Source: an uncultured virus (IMG/VR IMGVR_UViG_3300020727_000006) (taxonomy: Duplodnaviria > Heunggongvirae > Uroviricota > Caudoviricetes). From it: a stretch of DNA of 64,000 bases. The DNA lies in IMG/VR virus record IMGVR_UViG_3300020727_000006. The stretch is one strand, 5' to 3'. Both the position numbers and the translations under genes were made by a program. Shown one piece after another: positions 38,629 through 49,400 of the stretch (positions within the stretch are counted from its first letter, which is position 1; every line of letters begins with the position of its first letter). The notes under the pieces were generated by a model. The model did not search any database. It was given only the letters and a program-made list of their open reading frames with translations, and was not told the origin of the DNA.

Positions 38629-38931
38629 TTAGATAGAAGTAGCCAATGTCAATCCTGTTGTTTTAGCAAGGTACTGATTGGCTATATCTTTGTCAGTAGG
38701 ACCATATAAAGCTACTGCACTCTTATTTAACACTGGAGAATCGGCAGGTGAAATACTAAACACCGCAGGTGCTAACCCAAACCCACCTTGCGGTGTAGCA
38801 ATCATTACTAGCGGTTTAGTAAGTTTATATGTAGTTTCGGTTTCTTCTGCGACACGAGTGATGATTTCTTCACCTGCAAATGTCTTAAAAGTCATAACGG
38901 TAGTTGAGTCAGTTGTTTTCTGTAATAACAC
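38629..38931 (-). CDS. Small Sm-like hypothetical protein
   Basis: FKTFAGEEIITR..LTKPL, QY...TTGL. Confidence 0.6.
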   Translation of the reverse strand: MLLQKTTDSTTVMTFKTFAGEEIITRVAEETETTYKLTKPLVMIATPQGGFGLAPAVFSISPADSPVLNKSAVALYGPTDKDIANQYLAKTTGLTLATSI

Positions 38932-39169
38932 GCTTTTTTTCCTGTAATTCGTTGATAGATAGTTTACTTAGACCACTATAACCGCCTTCTACTAAAAGTT
39001 TTTCGTTATAGTAAATTTGTGGCACGGTCTTATGACCTTCGGCAACAAGCCAATCACGAACACCCTCATCATTGATATCGACTTCGGTGTAATCTTCGCT
39101 CCAACTTTTAAGTAGGTGCTTTGCGCCATCGCAATATGGGCAATTATCTTTTGTATATAATGTAATCAT
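38909..39169 (-). CDS. Glutaredoxin
   Basis: CPYC, TVPQI, GGY. Confidence 0.93.
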   Translation of the reverse strand: MITLYTKDNCPYCDGAKHLLKSWSEDYTEVDINDEGVRDWLVAEGHKTVPQIYYNEKLLVEGGYSGLSKLSINELQEKKRVITENN

Positions 39170-39172
39170 TGA

Positions 39173-40297
39173 TTATTCCTTTTCTATTACTTCTATTTTC
39201 CAATCTTTATTTTTACCTCTTTTGCTTGGAGGCCAATTATCTTGTATATTTTTTTGAAATGTTGCAAAACTTAAATTGTTGTCTATGCAAAACTGTTTCA
39301 ACTCTCCACCATATAACATGTATATATTATCATTATTTGTTAGTTTATAACAATTACTTAGATAGTGATTTTTACCCGTTGGCATTGTTCTGTTTTCTTT
39401 AATTTTTTGTATTGTTTCTGGGCTATGATGTTTGCCATACATTGGATTATTACTGCCAGTAGTAAGTTCTCTAAACTTTGCACGAGTTTCTTCACTGTGC
39501 TTTTTAGGTCCATAACCACCCCGTTCTTTTTGTAATTGCGAACGCTTTAATCGCTGCAATTCTGCTCCTTCCTTACCATATATTTCTTCGTAAGTCTTTC
39601 CTCGGTGGCTCGGTGGTCTTGCTTCTAAACATATGTTGGTTAAGATACCATAAGGTTCATATCCTTTGCGACCATACCGCAATATTAAATCTTCTTCCAT
39701 TTTATAAGCAAAATTTTCATCAATAATATCTTCTGCAAGATATTCAATTTGTGGTTCTAATCCTGCTTTTCTAATAGCATCAATCTTATTTTCTTTATGA
39801 ATATTGTCACTTCTTGACATATCCCAAAGATGCGTTTGTGCTCGCTTACCAGTTCCCTTGCCAATATAAAATGGCATATTATTTCTTGGGTCTATAAGTG
39901 CATATACATAATACATAATATCTAATTCCTGCTCATTGTATTTAGCAAGAGATAGAGAATATATATTATTTGTAGTATATTTTTGTGTATTATTTTTTAA
40001 TTTGGCAAATACATTTAATTTTCTTTTATCGGCAAATGGAGTAATATCTATCAAGTTTCCATCATTGTCCTGCCATACACTATGCAATATTGCTTGATAT
40101 CCCCACGCACTTTCCAAGAAATAATATCCAAGTATTTTTTCTCCCCCATGACTAAGAATATAATTTTTTACATTTGTATGGCATATATTTTCTTCGCAAC
40201 TTGCATCAGGATTGACTGGAATATTTCCTAACCAATCACAACCAATACTGCGAGCAAAATCAGCAACTGAAGTTGCTGATGGTATAAACCAAATCAA
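39173..40297 (-). mobile_element. GIY-YIG/NUMOD3 homing endonuclease fused to an N-terminal Cys-His-Asp domain; internal start at 39916
   Basis: YYVYALIDPR..FYIGKG, NUMOD3 (HSEETR, HHSPET); N-domain CHTNV..HSVW..DITP. Confidence 0.8.
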
Positions 40298-41409
40298 AGA
40301 CTAAATCCCTTAAATGTATCGTTGGATACATCCTGTTTGGTTCCGCCAATGATATACGAACTTATCTGCGTTTGCTGGGGGGCCACTTGAACTTCTGCAC
40401 CAGCAATCCATTTCTGTGTCCAAGGCAGTGGGTTATTCTTAGTAGGATATGGTTGACCGAGACCAACTGCTTGCATACGCTTATTAGCAATAAACTCAAC
40501 ATATTCAGCAAGTAGTTGATAGTTTAGACCAATCATAGAGCCATCTTTAAACAGGTATTGCGCCCATGCCTTTTCTTGATTGACTGCATCATCAAATAGT
40601 TTGATAGCCGCATCACGACATTCCGTTTCAATCTTGGCATAATCAGGATCATCTTTAGGTAGCAGTTTTAGTAAGGTTTGTGTGCCAGCAAGATGCAGAT
40701 TTTCATCACGAGCAATCAACTTGATAATTTTGGCATTGCCTTCCATTTTCTTCAATTCAGCAAATGCCCAACTGCAAGCAAATGAAACATAAAAGCGAAC
40801 ACCTTCAAGAATGTTCACACTCATAAGTGCAAGCCAAAGTGCTTTTTTATGTTCATAATTAAACCCGCCCCAATCAGGTGGATCGAAGTCATCTAGGGTT
40901 CTTTGGTTATTCATCGTAATAAGTTTATCATAAAGCGCAGTGATATCACCAGCACAATCAACAATTTCTTGAATGTCCATCATTTCATCAAATACTTTTG
41001 ATGGATTAGCATATACATTGCGAATGATATGAGTATATGAACGAGAGTGAATAGTTTCACTGAATGTCCAAGTAGTGATCCATGTTTCTAACTCTGGTAG
41101 TGAACAGATTGGACCAAATGCCACTGCTGGCGCACGACCTTGAACCGAATCAAGTAAGATTTGACGCTTTAAGTTGCTTGTAAAGATATGCTGCTCATTT
41201 TGGGACAAGTCTTTAAAATCTTTGGCATCACGAAGAATATCTATTTCTTGTGGTAACCAAAAGAAAGATAATTGCTTTTCGGTAAGTTTTTCAAACTGGC
41301 GGTATTTGATAGTATCGTAACGCTGAATACTTACACCGCCATGTGGGTCTAGGAAAGCCAGCGACTTTGTGTGGTCACTCTTATCATTTGCATCAAATAC
41401 TGTACTCAT
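40294..41409 (-). CDS. nrdB: Class Ia ribonucleotide reductase beta subunit
   Basis: FFWLPQE, LDSVQGR, ETIHSRSY, LEGVRFYVSF, RDENLH, VAPQ..ISSY. Confidence 0.97.
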   Translation of the reverse strand: MSTVFDANDKSDHTKSLAFLDPHGGVSIQRYDTIKYRQFEKLTEKQLSFFWLPQEIDILRDAKDFKDLSQNEQHIFTSNLKRQILLDSVQGRAPAVAFGPICSLPELETWITTWTFSETIHSRSYTHIIRNVYANPSKVFDEMMDIQEIVDCAGDITALYDKLITMNNQRTLDDFDPPDWGGFNYEHKKALWLALMSVNILEGVRFYVSFACSWAFAELKKMEGNAKIIKLIARDENLHLAGTQTLLKLLPKDDPDYAKIETECRDAAIKLFDDAVNQEKAWAQYLFKDGSMIGLNYQLLAEYVEFIANKRMQAVGLGQPYPTKNNPLPWTQKWIAGAEVQVAPQQTQISSYIIGGTKQDVSNDTFKGFSL

Positions 41410-41435
41410 TGTTAACCTCAATTTTAACTATTATG

Positions 41436-42686
41436 TCATATTTTGTTATTAATATCAATTTCAAATTCTTGTAACCAAGGAAAAATTTGTCGCCAATCTG
41501 TTCCACGGCGACGATCTTTTTCATTTAAGTATGTGAATAATTTACTTATTTCTTTTTGATTTTGAACACTTTTCTTTACAGAATTTGCAATTCCACGCAT
41601 ACACATTATAGAATTTTTTTCTTCTTCATTATTAGATGGCATTAGAGATATAATATTTTCAAAATCATCCATAAAAAAATCAGGTCCAAAGATGCCAGGT
41701 TTCATATAAATTGGAGTTGGTCCAACTTCTCCAAGATACTGTGCTACTTTACCAATTGATTTCCAATACACAAGTTTTTCAATAAGTTGTGGCATTGTTT
41801 TTATTGTTAGTGAACTTATTGTCTGATGTATTTTTAAAGAAATCCATTTTTGTTTCAATAGATATTCAAAATTACTTTCCCATAAATTTAAATTTAATCC
41901 ATATCTAACATATTCTTGTTCTTTACCCCAACAATCAATACTACATATAACTCCAAGTGATTTAATTTTTCTCTTTTTAATTAGATTTTTTGTTTTTTCA
42001 ACAAATTCTTTTAACTTTTCATTCGGTATGTTTAAATTTGTAGTAATTGAGATACTAAGATTTATGTTTGGTTTTTTTTCAAAAAAATCTAATAGAATAT
42101 CTAATTCTTTTTGAAGTAATGGCTCACCACCTAAAATATGTAATTCACTTAATACATGAGAATTTTTATTAAGCCATGTCCAAAAATATGGAACTAAAGT
42201 TTTATATTTCTTTTCCCTAGATATTAAATCAATTCCATTACTATTAAAGTTACCAAATTCTTTATTTTCTTTAGCAATGAACGAACTTAAATTTGGTCCG
42301 CAATATAAGCAACCCATGTTACATGTATTGTTAAAATATACTTCAAGAATAGTAGGAGATACGGTTGTTGAATTAATGTTTTCTTTTAATTCTGGTGGAA
42401 TTGCATGTGGCAATGTTAAATGTAAATTTCTATCGCTGAACCCACCAGAATTTTCTATATTTTTGCAATAACCACAACTAGAATCAGGCCATTTTCCATT
42501 TAACATTGCTTCTCTATCAGCAATTTTAATTTCTGTATTATGAAAATTTTCAAAATTTTCTGGAGTTAATGTGCTTTCACTCGTTCTAAAACAAGAACGA
42601 GTGATACCGCTATTCAAAAAAAGTGTGCTCCAATTCCATTTTAATGCACATGCAGTTGCAGTTTTTATAGGAAAATTGCTTTCCAT
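41436..42686 (-). CDS. AT-rich radical SAM protein with N-terminal Cys cluster (twitch/SPASM-like)
   Basis: CNMGCLYC, GGEP, SID; TAATG coupled to the nrdA stop. Confidence 0.85.
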   Translation of the reverse strand: MESNFPIKTATACALKWNWSTLFLNSGITRSCFRTSESTLTPENFENFHNTEIKIADREAMLNGKWPDSSCGYCKNIENSGGFSDRNLHLTLPHAIPPELKENINSTTVSPTILEVYFNNTCNMGCLYCGPNLSSFIAKENKEFGNFNSNGIDLISREKKYKTLVPYFWTWLNKNSHVLSELHILGGEPLLQKELDILLDFFEKKPNINLSISITTNLNIPNEKLKEFVEKTKNLIKKRKIKSLGVICSIDCWGKEQEYVRYGLNLNLWESNFEYLLKQKWISLKIHQTISSLTIKTMPQLIEKLVYWKSIGKVAQYLGEVGPTPIYMKPGIFGPDFFMDDFENIISLMPSNNEEEKNSIMCMRGIANSVKKSVQNQKEISKLFTYLNEKDRRRGTDWRQIFPWLQEFEIDINNKI

Positions 42687-43735
42687 TAAATCGTGCAACT
42701 TTCACAAGCGTCTTGATCTTCAAGAAGTTGTAAGTTTTTGACTTCAAAGTCTTGCTTTTGTTCAACAAACTTGCTGACATCAACTTCACCTTGACCATCA
42801 TATGTATTGAAATAATAAAGAGTCTTAATACCATACTTGTAGCAAAGTAGTAGGTGACCAATCATAACACTCATTGGAATCTTTTCATCCGCATAGAATG
42901 TTGGATTATAACTTGTGTTAGTAGAGATACTTTGGTCAATATACTTCTGCAGCACAGCAACTAATTTCAAATAACCTTCTGGTGATTTTTGATCCCACAG
43001 TAGTTCATACTTGTTCTTTAATTTGCGGAACTCTGGCACAACTTGCTTTAATACACCATGCTTGCTCTGCTTGACACTAATAAGACTGCGTGGTGGTTCA
43101 ATACCATTTGTAGCATTGGCAACCTGTGCACTAGTTTCTGCTGGCATAAGTGCCATCAGAGTAGAATTACGAATACCATGTTCACGAAGACTTGCACGAA
43201 GCGATGCCCAATCCATGCGCTCCACATGAGGCACAAGTTCATCAACTTCACGCTTATATGTGTCAATAGGCAGAACACCATAACCATACTTGGTTTCATT
43301 GCTCTTTGGTGCAGCACCACGCTCAATAGCAAGTTGATTGCTTGCACGAATAAGATAGTAAGACCATGCTTCTGCATACTCGTCAACGAGTGCCAACGCA
43401 CGAGGATCGCTATAACTCATATCATTCTTTGCAAGGAAATATGCGAAGTTAATGATACCAACGCCAAGTGGACGACGGTTCATTGTGCTTAACTGTGCTG
43501 CAATAACAGGATAGTTTTGGTAGTCAAGTAGCGCATCAAGACCACGAACAGCAAGGTCGCACATCTTTTCAAAATCTTTTGGTTCCTTAACATTGCCCCA
43601 ATTAATTGCACTAAGTGTGCATAAACTTATTGCAGCACCATCATAATCTTCAACATCTGCATCAAGATACACATACTCATCAGTTTCTATCTCGTTTTCA
43701 TCTACTATTTCATATAACCAATCGTTATTTTTCAT
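42686..43735 (-). CDS. nrdA: Ribonucleotide reductase alpha subunit, C-terminal fragment
   Basis: SLCTLSAIN, RRPLGVG, MPAETS, KTLYY, C-terminal CESC; acidic N-terminal extension. Confidence 0.92.
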   Translation of the reverse strand: MKNNDWLYEIVDENEIETDEYVYLDADVEDYDGAAISLCTLSAINWGNVKEPKDFEKMCDLAVRGLDALLDYQNYPVIAAQLSTMNRRPLGVGIINFAYFLAKNDMSYSDPRALALVDEYAEAWSYYLIRASNQLAIERGAAPKSNETKYGYGVLPIDTYKREVDELVPHVERMDWASLRASLREHGIRNSTLMALMPAETSAQVANATNGIEPPRSLISVKQSKHGVLKQVVPEFRKLKNKYELLWDQKSPEGYLKLVAVLQKYIDQSISTNTSYNPTFYADEKIPMSVMIGHLLLCYKYGIKTLYYFNTYDGQGEVDVSKFVEQKQDFEVKNLQLLEDQDACESCTI

Positions 43736-44483
43736 TTTGTTTCCTTAATTTGTTCAATTTATAGATAGATAATCCAGTGTATTCGGATGCTTCTCTCATT
43801 GACCCGTAATATATTCCATCAACGGTAATAGATTTAGCATATCCATTTTTTTCACCATAGTTTGCCTTGGCAGAATGTCCTTTACTTTTCCACTCAGTAT
43901 ATTCGTAATCAATATTGCGAGTGTTTGTTAATTTCTTACACCAATAATTTTTATGAATCTGTCTTTTCCCTCTAGCAACCGCACTCATTGTAGAAGGGTT
44001 TAAATTATTTTCTTTACAGAACTCTAACATATTTTCAATTTCAAAGATATTTCCATTTGGGTCTTTGACCAACCATTTATCAATTTTTAATTTGTGTCTA
44101 TTATTCTTCCATAAAGATTTTCCTTTATGTGGCGATGGTTTGCCTTTTCTTGCCGCCGATATTCTTTCATAGTATATTTTAGCAAGTTCTGGATTATCGT
44201 GATGACTCCAACCCATGCCAGAATAATTATTTAAATTATAATATTCAGAAGAGTTGGCTGCATCAATATCGCAAAGAAGCAGTTGTTCTTTTTCCAATGC
44301 CTCTTTTCGTGACAATTCAATAGTCAATATTTTTCTTTCAAAGTTTTCTGGATTGTTGTTATATATTTCATTAAAGTAATTGCTTGAACTAACATACCCG
44401 TCAGTCAATTCACCATAGTGCGAACCAATGTATTTCTTGTTATCACTTTTAGAAATCCACATATATATAAATCCATATTTCAT
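43725..44483 (-). mobile_element. GIY-YIG (Seg-like) homing endonuclease inserted in nrdA
   Basis: GFIY...YIGSH, YYN, C-terminal HTH-like YGSMREASEYTG. Confidence 0.85.
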
Positions 44484-44508
44484 AATATATCTCCCGATAT
44501 ATTATTTA
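44482..44508 (-). promoter_or_regulatory. Late promoter plus RBS-occluding hairpin for the endonuclease
   Basis: TAAATA overlapping ATAATATATC-GGGA-GATATATTAT(G). Confidence 0.7.
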
Positions 44509-45995
44509 TCACTCTTTGCACTTTTACTGCCATTAAATCTTTCTTTATTAAGATATAATAGGTTTTTGGATTCTTTTTTATATTTCAAGAACTCTTGATA
44601 TTTTTCTTTTGGAACACGAATTTTTTTTCTGGAAGCACCATCAAAGATATGATTCAATGGCTTTGTAGGCAGCGCAATTTCAGCGCACAGATTGCTTTGC
44701 TTGATTACAGCCTTGCTTTCAATAAACGCACCATGAGTATTAGCATGATCAACATTCATAAGATAGATGCGACCTGTGTTCTTGCGCTCTTCCATGAACT
44801 GTGAAAATAGGTCAATAGCTTTGTAGGTCTTCTTACGAATCTTTGGATTCTTTTCTGCTTTTTCATACAGTTCTTTGAACTTGTCTTGATCAGCAAAGAA
44901 CGCATCATACAAACCTGGCACATCACTTGGCGAGAAGCAAGTAATATCACCGCCTTGAAGAAGACGCTCATACATAAGTTTGTTAAACTGAACGCCATAA
45001 TCCATCTGGCGAATACGATTATCTTCTGTTCCCTTATTGTTTTTGAGAACCAGCAAATCTTCTACTTCATAATGCCATAGTGGGTAATAAAGAGTTGCAG
45101 CACCATTGCGAACACCGCCTTGTGAGCAACTACGAACTGCTGCTTGGAACATCTTATAGAATGGAATTAAGCCTGTGTGAGAAGCATCGCCACGACGAAT
45201 AGGCGAACCGATAGCACGAATAGAACCCGCCCCAATGCCAATGCCAGCCTTTTGTGAGACATACTTAACAATGGCACTGCTTGTTGCATTAATGCTGTCT
45301 AAACTATCGCCAGTTTCAATCAACACACAAGATGAGAACTGGCGCTGCGGAGTGCGAAGACCAGCCATGATAGGAGTTGGAAGAGAAATGTCATGCTTTG
45401 AGATAGCATCATAATAATCACGAACATACTTCAAGCGAGTATCCTGTGGATACTTGGCAAATAGGGTTGCAGCAATAAGCGCATAGGCAACCTGTGGCGT
45501 TTCCATAATTTGTCCAGTTACACGGTTCTGAACCAAATACTTTCCGCGAAGTTGTTCCATAGCAACATAAGAAAGTGTACAATCACGCTCGTGATCTATA
45601 AATTTATTAATGGTTGCCCATTCTTCTTCAGTATAATCTGTTAGTAAATTAGCATCATAGAAACCACTTTCTACATTCTTCTTTATAATATCAATCAATG
45701 GTAGAGGAAAATAATTGTTATATACTTCTTTACGAAGGTGATAATTTACAAGACGACCTGCAACATACTGATAATTAGGTGCTTCTTCACTAATAAGATC
45801 AGCAGCAGCCTTGATCATTGTTTCTTGAATTTCAGAAGTCTTAATATTATTGTAAAATTGTATTTGACTTCGTAGTTCTAATTCACTGGCACTTACGCCA
45901 TTGATGTTTTCGGTTGCCCAAAATACTACTTTATGTAATTTTTCAATATTTAATGGTTCTTTGCGACCATCACGCTTTGTAACATTGATTGCCAT
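44502..45995 (-). CDS. nrdA: Ribonucleotide reductase alpha subunit, N-terminal fragment with ATP cone
   Basis: VTKRDG, PTPIM, FSSC, SQGGVR, QSNLCAEI; basic C-terminal extension. Confidence 0.93.
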   Translation of the reverse strand: MAINVTKRDGRKEPLNIEKLHKVVFWATENINGVSASELELRSQIQFYNNIKTSEIQETMIKAAADLISEEAPNYQYVAGRLVNYHLRKEVYNNYFPLPLIDIIKKNVESGFYDANLLTDYTEEEWATINKFIDHERDCTLSYVAMEQLRGKYLVQNRVTGQIMETPQVAYALIAATLFAKYPQDTRLKYVRDYYDAISKHDISLPTPIMAGLRTPQRQFSSCVLIETGDSLDSINATSSAIVKYVSQKAGIGIGAGSIRAIGSPIRRGDASHTGLIPFYKMFQAAVRSCSQGGVRNGAATLYYPLWHYEVEDLLVLKNNKGTEDNRIRQMDYGVQFNKLMYERLLQGGDITCFSPSDVPGLYDAFFADQDKFKELYEKAEKNPKIRKKTYKAIDLFSQFMEERKNTGRIYLMNVDHANTHGAFIESKAVIKQSNLCAEIALPTKPLNHIFDGASRKKIRVPKEKYQEFLKYKKESKNLLYLNKERFNGSKSAKSDK

Positions 45996-46006
45996 TCTAT
46001 TCTCTT

Positions 46007-46486
46007 TCAAACTGGTAAATTTTTGTAATTAGCACGATTAATCAATTCTGCTGATGGACTGATCGTGAGGTTATTTACAACCTCGCCCAAGCTGTAATTA
46101 AGCGTATATAATCCGCCTTCGCATCTGACTAAATTAAGGTATTCATGTTTTTCTCTATCTCTATAAACTTCAATAGCCATTGTATCACGAAACGGATAAG
46201 AAGTATAATATAAAGTGTAGTACATACCCAATGCACGGGCTAAATCGCAGTAATTACCTTCACTAATAAGTGTCCAAGGATCGGGCCAGTTACGACAATC
46301 ATCGTATTCAAGATAATTTGTAATGATTGGGCATTTAACCCAATCACGCGCTACAGTTTGCAAATGATTGTTTGCAATACTGCGACGATATGTTCGCCAT
46401 TCTAAAATTTTATTATCAGATTTACCAGAGAACCAATTATAACATTTCAAGGTATCTAATTGCATAGTTGATGAGGCCAGTTCCAT
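46007..46486 (-). CDS. Hypothetical protein (start uncertain)
   Basis: WPDPWTLI..YC..ALGM.YT motif. Confidence 0.6.
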   Translation of the reverse strand: MELASSTMQLDTLKCYNWFSGKSDNKILEWRTYRRSIANNHLQTVARDWVKCPIITNYLEYDDCRNWPDPWTLISEGNYCDLARALGMYYTLYYTSYPFRDTMAIEVYRDREKHEYLNLVRCEGGLYTLNYSLGEVVNNLTISPSAELINRANYKNLPV

Positions 46487-49400
46487 TTGAGTCTGAAGTG
46501 TAAGTTAAATCGGTTCCGTCAAAACCAAGTGTAACTCCTGTATCAGCATTTTGAGTTCCATCATCTTCTATACTATAAATTCCAGTCGGTGTCAATGTTA
46601 ATTTTAACATACCAGTTCTAACTTGGCTTCCACTGTTTCTGTATATAGTATAATCTACTAGCATACCAACAACTTGAGAAGCAACACTATAAAAATTTGT
46701 TCCTAATCTTGAAGTAGTGCTTGCTGCAAGAACCAATGATTGCCCCATAAGATGATGTTCAGTTCCAAGTCGAAGACCAACAGTATAATTCCATTCTACA
46801 GAATTAACAGTTTCAGTAACACGATTACTATCTGTTCTGTCAAAGCTATCACCAACGGATGCACAACCAATAGCAGTAGCTGAGTCAAAATATATAACTG
46901 GTACTACTGGACTGCTAGCGCCATTCAAGCTATCGCCAACATCTTTGTAATAATTTGCAAAGCTAACAAAGTTAGTGGCATTTGTTATATAAGCACCATA
47001 TGAATAAATTTGATCCATTACACTGTTGCTAAGAGTAACGCCTTTTGCGCTGCTACCAACTAGATAAACGCCGTTATATAAGTTATTAAATGTACAGCTA
47101 TCCATTAATGCATTGCTTGCACTTTGTGTAGCAGGTACATATAATCCAACATTAAATCCAGTAATTAAACAATCTACCAAATTAACATCGCTTGGAAATG
47201 TCAAACTTCTTCCTAGTATCTTTACGGCGGAAGTTATATTTCCAGATATAGTATCAGTTAGTGCAGTAACAGATGAAATTGGTCCTTGCAGACGAACATT
47301 GTTCAATGTCACGCGACTTGCACTATCTATGACTATACCATCATTAAGACTTTTTAGCGTTAGATCACTGATAGTAATATCATTTGGCAACCCTGCACCA
47401 TTTAATCCAATAAGATTCTGAATCTGTTGTTTATTATCTGCAGTATACATAACCCAAGTAATATATGGATAAATGTATGGATTTGCAGTTTGTGTAATTT
47501 GTGTATTAAATGTTCCTTCGCCTTCAATTCTAGCATTGCTAGGAACATTTATACTACCACTTACGATATAATTTCCCGCAGGAAAATATAATCTCTTTTT
47601 TGCAGGATAGCTAGATGTGCGGCAATAAATTTCATAAAGTGCACGGTTAATAGCTTCTGTGTCATCAGTTACGCCATCGCCTCTTGCGCCAAAATCTTTT
47701 ACACTAACAAAATCATCAAGTTTATCTTGTAACTTACGAATAGTACTGCTATTTCCAAAGGTATAACTTTGGCTAGTCCAAGCAATGCCATTTACACTGT
47801 TTGATATTTGACCAGCAGCACCCACTGCAATAAACTGTCCAGCATTATATAATAGCGCATCGGTTGTATAGTTTAGGTATTGAACAACATTTCTCCAATA
47901 AACATATTGATTGCTTGCATGGTATAGATAACCATATTGTCCGCCTAAAACACTATAAGAAGCATTTGTTGCTGCATCATTTAAGTTGGGTGCTAATAAG
48001 TTTGAACCATAATAAACACTAGTGGGAGTCCAAGTTACAGAATCTTGACTTGCTAAATATGTTAACCCAACATCCCCCACTGCAAAGAAATAAGTTCCAG
48101 TGTATATAATGTCTAAAAAGTTACTATTTGTATATGTAGTAGTAGTACTCCAAGTGGTGCCATTTGTACTTGTAGCAACAATACCATTATCACCCACAAC
48201 AGTGTATAGACTAGTAGGACTACCTGCGCCAGGAGCAGTAAAGGTTTGATAAATTACTGCATTTAAATCACTAAGTGTTACAGGTGAACCACTTGGGTTT
48301 GTAGCTGAATTGTTTATAGCGATTGACCAAGCGGTTCCATTTGCACTATAAATTCCCTTGCCGCCTACGCCAACTGCAATTGCCCTATAAGTACCACCGC
48401 CTAAATTTGCAACAGTAATATTACGAAGATCAGTGCTGAGACCACTTGACTGTGCAGTCCAAGTTGTTAGATTTGGACTGGTAATAACTATACCACCAGC
48501 ACCAACGGCTATCCACGAAGAACTAGGTATTCTGTTAATACCGTATAAATTGCTTGTTGTTCCACTTGTTCTGCTAGCAAATGTAGAAAACGCAACAATC
48601 GTTACCGCAGTTCCTGTTGCAGTTACAGGATTGCTCAATACTAAAGTACTAGTTCCTGCACCACTTACCACTGTAGTATTTGCTGGAATACCCGCACCAA
48701 CAATATATTGTCCATTGGCAATAGTAAGATTTCCAACCGAAGTTATTGATGAACTGTTAGCCGTTGTAGTAGCAGTGGTCGAAATTGTTGTGTTTGTTAA
48801 GATTACGCCGCCATTGCCAACGGTTACCCAAGAAGTTGTTCCATCATAATAAGTTGTATTAAGAGAAGTTGCAACGCCACTCGAAAGAGTTGTCCATGTA
48901 ATAGCATCTGCACTTACATAGATGCCGCCACTACCAGTTAATGCCATAAATGCATTGCTTGAATAATATATATTGGTAAAATTTTCAATGTTGCTTGCAA
49001 TACTAGAAATATAGTTTAGCACACCATATGAATTTTTATAAACATCGCCCCAACTTGTTAGTGCGTATGCACTAGTTCCATCAGTAGCTACGCCAACAAA
49101 TGAATCTACTAGCGATCTATTCCAAGTTACAGCGTCACTGCTATAATAAACTTTGTTGTTTGCAGCCGTAGCAATATAAGAACTGCCGCCGCTTGTTGTC
49201 AAATATCTTATGCCTAGCAAATCAAAACTACTGATACTCTTATTTGTCCAGCTTACGGCATCTGTGCTATAAACGACTGTGCCAGATTTACCAACTGCTA
49301 CATACTTTCCATTAGCATAAGTTATTGCGTTGAGCGGCACAGATACTCCACTTGTGTGTGATTGCCAAGTGATGCCATTAACACTAGTAAAAACACCACC

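Noticed and set aside
43640..44640. Group I intron or split intein in nrdA
   Set aside because: The interval is fully occupied by ORFs, with no room for an intron core, and no intein N-terminal or His-Asn C-terminal motifs are visible
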